DNA of 64,000 bases from Vulcanimicrobiota bacterium (GTDB taxonomy: Bacteria > Vulcanimicrobiota > Vulcanimicrobiia > Vulcanimicrobiales > Vulcanimicrobiaceae), in assembly GCA_963723515.1 (NCBI GenBank), contig CAVRQT010000003.1:1-64000 (forward strand), written 5' to 3'. Both the position numbers and the translations under genes were made by a program. Below are positions 61,554-64,000 of the stretch, in pieces. The first letter of the stretch is position 1; the number at the start of each line of letters is the position of its first letter. The notes beneath the pieces were generated by a model. It had not been told where the DNA came from, ran no database searches, and was given only the letters and a program-made list of their open reading frames with translations.

Positions 61554-62880
61554 ATGAGCTGGAATAGACTGAGGAACCCACTGAAGGCGCTGGTCGTATT
61601 GGCCATTGCGGCGCTGTGCATTTGGTTCGTCGTCCCCATTCAGAAGAAAATTCACCTCGGCTTGGACCTCCAAGGCGGCGTGCGAGTCTTGCTGCAGCTC
61701 AATCCGAACACCCAGGTTCCGCAGATCAACTCGCAGGTGCAAGGCGAGGTCGAGCAGGTCATTCAAAACCGCATCAACGGCTTGGGCGTGACCGAACCGG
61801 TCATCACGCGCGTCGGCAACGATCGATTGATGGTCGAGCTGCCGCAGGTCAAAAATCCCGACGAAGCGACCAAAACGCTCAAAGAAATCGCGCAACTCGA
61901 GTTTAAGATCGTTCCGGAAGCGGTCGCAACTCGCGCCGAGCGCGATCTAAAATATGCGCGCGATCCGAACGGCGCCTACAAGGACAGCGGTCCCGTCGTC
62001 TACTCTGGCGCCGAGTTGAAAAACGCCGTCGCCGGCTATCAGAATACGAACAACGAACCGGTGATATATTTTTACACGAAGAACCCGCGCAAGTTCGGAC
62101 AGCTCACGCAGCAGAACTTGCATCGCCCGCTCGGTATCTTTCTCGACAAGCATTTCATTTCGGCGCCCGTAATCAACGCGGCAATCTTTGACTCCGGTGT
62201 CATCGAAGGCAACTTCACGCAAGACGACACGATCCGACTCGCAAACGAGCTCAACGCCGGTGCGCTGCCCGTCGGCATCACGATCATCGAGAACGATACG
62301 ATCGGTCCGACCCTCGGCGCAATCGACTTAAAGAAATCGCTTTACGCCTCGATGTTTGGATTGGGCGCTCGTGCTGATCTTCATGATCGCGGTCTATCGA
62401 CTGCCCGGCTTCTTGGCCGACCTGGCCCTGATCGTCTACGTGCTGATGATGTTGGGACTGCTTGCGAGCGCCAAGGCGACGTTGACGCTGCCGGGCATCG
62501 CCGGATTCGTGCTCTCGATCGGCATGGCAGTCGACGCGAACGTCCTGATTTTCGAACGGCTCAAGGAAGAGTTGTGGTCCGGCAAGACGCTGCGTGCCGC
62601 CGTGCGCACCGGTTTTGCGCGCGCATTTACGGCGGTCTTCGATAGCCACTTCACGACGATCGTCGGCGCAGGCGTGCTGTTCTGGCTTGGAACCGGTACG
62701 GTCAAAGGTTTCGCTTACACGCTCTTTTGGGGCACGGTCTTCTCGTTAATTACCGCCGTTTTTATCACGCGCTTCTTCGTTGACGTTTTGGTGGACAACA
62801 ATCTGATCACGGCACCACCCGCCTACGGCGTCAATCCGAAAGACATCGGAACGCTGGCGCCCGCCCGGAGCAGCACATAA
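61554..62880 (+). CDS. secD: Protein translocase subunit SecD, frameshift ~62365
   Basis: LGLDLQGG, RINGLGVTEP, AGALP, IGPTLG, GMAVDANVLIFER. Confidence 0.95.
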
Positions 62881-64000
62881 TGCTCTTTCGCCGGCTGAAC
62901 TGGAACATCGTCGGATGGTTCCGGATCGTCTCCATGATCTCGTACGTCATCATCGGCATCGGCATTGCCGTAATGTTCTATCACGCGTTAAGCGCCCCCG
63001 GTGGCGGCTTCCAGCCCTCGCATGCGCTGCGCCTAGGTCTTTCGTTCACCGGCGGTACCGACATTGACGTCAAGTTCACCAAGCCGGTGTCGCAAGATCA
63101 GGTGAAAGGCGCGCTTGGCACGATCGGCGTCAGCGATGAGCGGATCACGGAAGTCGGCGCACGGGGAAAGGAGCCGCCCGGCGAGCGCTACTCGATTCAA
63201 ACGCAGACGGCGCTTGGAAATGATACCGGCAAACTGTGGAGCGCGCTGGGCAACGTAGCGCCGGTCGACCGCAGCCAATCACAGATCGCATCCGTCGGCC
63301 CGTCGCTCGGCCGCGAGTATCTCATGAAGGCGATTTGGGCGCTCGTGATCGCGCTGTCGATCCAGTTCATGTACATCGCCTTCCGCTTCGGCTGGAATTA
63401 CATCTTCGGTCTAGTAACGGTCATCGCACTGGTTCGCGATGCGCTGATGATGATCGGCATCTATGCGGTTGCCGATAAGCGCGCCGACGATGCCTTCCTG
63501 GCCGCGGTGCTGACGGTTATCGGTTACTCGGTCATGGATACGATCGTTATCCTGGATCGAATTCGTGAAAACACGCGCTTGATGGTCGACGTTCCGTACG
63601 ACCGTATCGTCAATACCTCGATTCTGCAAACGATGACGCGTTCGTTCAACACGCTGGCGACCGTCGTCATCACGCTCGTCGCGCTGCTCGCGCTCGGCGG
63701 CGCCTCGCTGCAAAACTTCGCCTTCGCCTTGCTCGTCGGCATCTGCTCGGGCGGCTACCACTCGATCTTTTTCTCCGCGCCGCTCGTGCTCGGTTTTCGC
63801 AAACGACAGATGGAAGCAGCGGTGCGCCGCCGGCGACTTGGGCTTGCAACGGACCGCACGCAAACGGCGCGCACGGTTGCCGAAGCGAAATCGCTCGGCA
63901 GCCGCGCGGGAATGGATCGCGTCGACATCGTTCAGAAGCGGCGCGAACGCCGCGAGAAAGCGAAAGTCGCGCGCCCGTACAGGTGGTGGGCCAGTCCGCT
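62880..64000 (+). CDS. secF: Protein translocase subunit SecF (runs off the window end)
   Basis: LGLSFTGGT, VGPSLG, IGYSVMDTIVILDRIREN, QTMTRSFNT. Confidence 0.92.
   Translation, partial: MLFRRLNWNIVGWFRIVSMISYVIIGIGIAVMFYHALSAPGGGFQPSHALRLGLSFTGGTDIDVKFTKPVSQDQVKGALGTIGVSDERITEVGARGKEPPGERYSIQTQTALGNDTGKLWSALGNVAPVDRSQSQIASVGPSLGREYLMKAIWALVIALSIQFMYIAFRFGWNYIFGLVTVIALVRDALMMIGIYAVADKRADDAFLAAVLTVIGYSVMDTIVILDRIRENTRLMVDVPYDRIVNTSILQTMTRSFNTLATVVITLVALLALGGASLQNFAFALLVGICSGGYHSIFFSAPLVLGFRKRQMEAAVRRRRLGLATDRTQTARTVAEAKSLGSRAGMDRVDIVQKRRERREKAKVARPYRWWASP

Overview
GC-rich bacterial chromosomal segment from a diderm organism with Firmicutes-like regulatory features and gene order (GAAC-N4-GTTY LexA boxes; lexA/LysM, coaX-dusB..greA-lysS, truA..rplM-rpsI) plus large TonB-dependent-receptor-like outer-membrane proteins. 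By inference this fits Eremiobacterota/Armatimonadota, but it is not proven here. Many genes, including essential ones (lysS, secD, greA, panC), carry single-base frameshifts that are most likely long-read errors. Contents in order: ECF sigma/anti-sigma operon; rhamnose nucleotide-sugar genes; B12-dependent lysine 5,6-aminomutase; thiolase/hbd/acyl-CoA dehydrogenase; sucCD; two Cys-rich TBDR-like genes flanking a secreted thioredoxin; the SOS locus; CoA biosynthesis; an aminotransferase/SRPBCC/acyl-ACP-reductase-like cluster; a toxin-antitoxin islet; secDF; and a dispersed, sometimes nested palindromic REP-like repeat family. The standout is 46.3-59.9 kb. It is a miniaturised flagellum-derived type III export cluster with an intact export gate (FliPQR, FlhA, FlhB) and ATPase, but shrunken structural parts. 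FliF lacks the beta-collar and is fused to only the FliG middle domain, FliM has no CheY-binding peptide, and no stator, flagellin, cap, junction or L/P-ring genes lie in the window. This suggests a non-rotary secretion machine repurposed from the flagellum.
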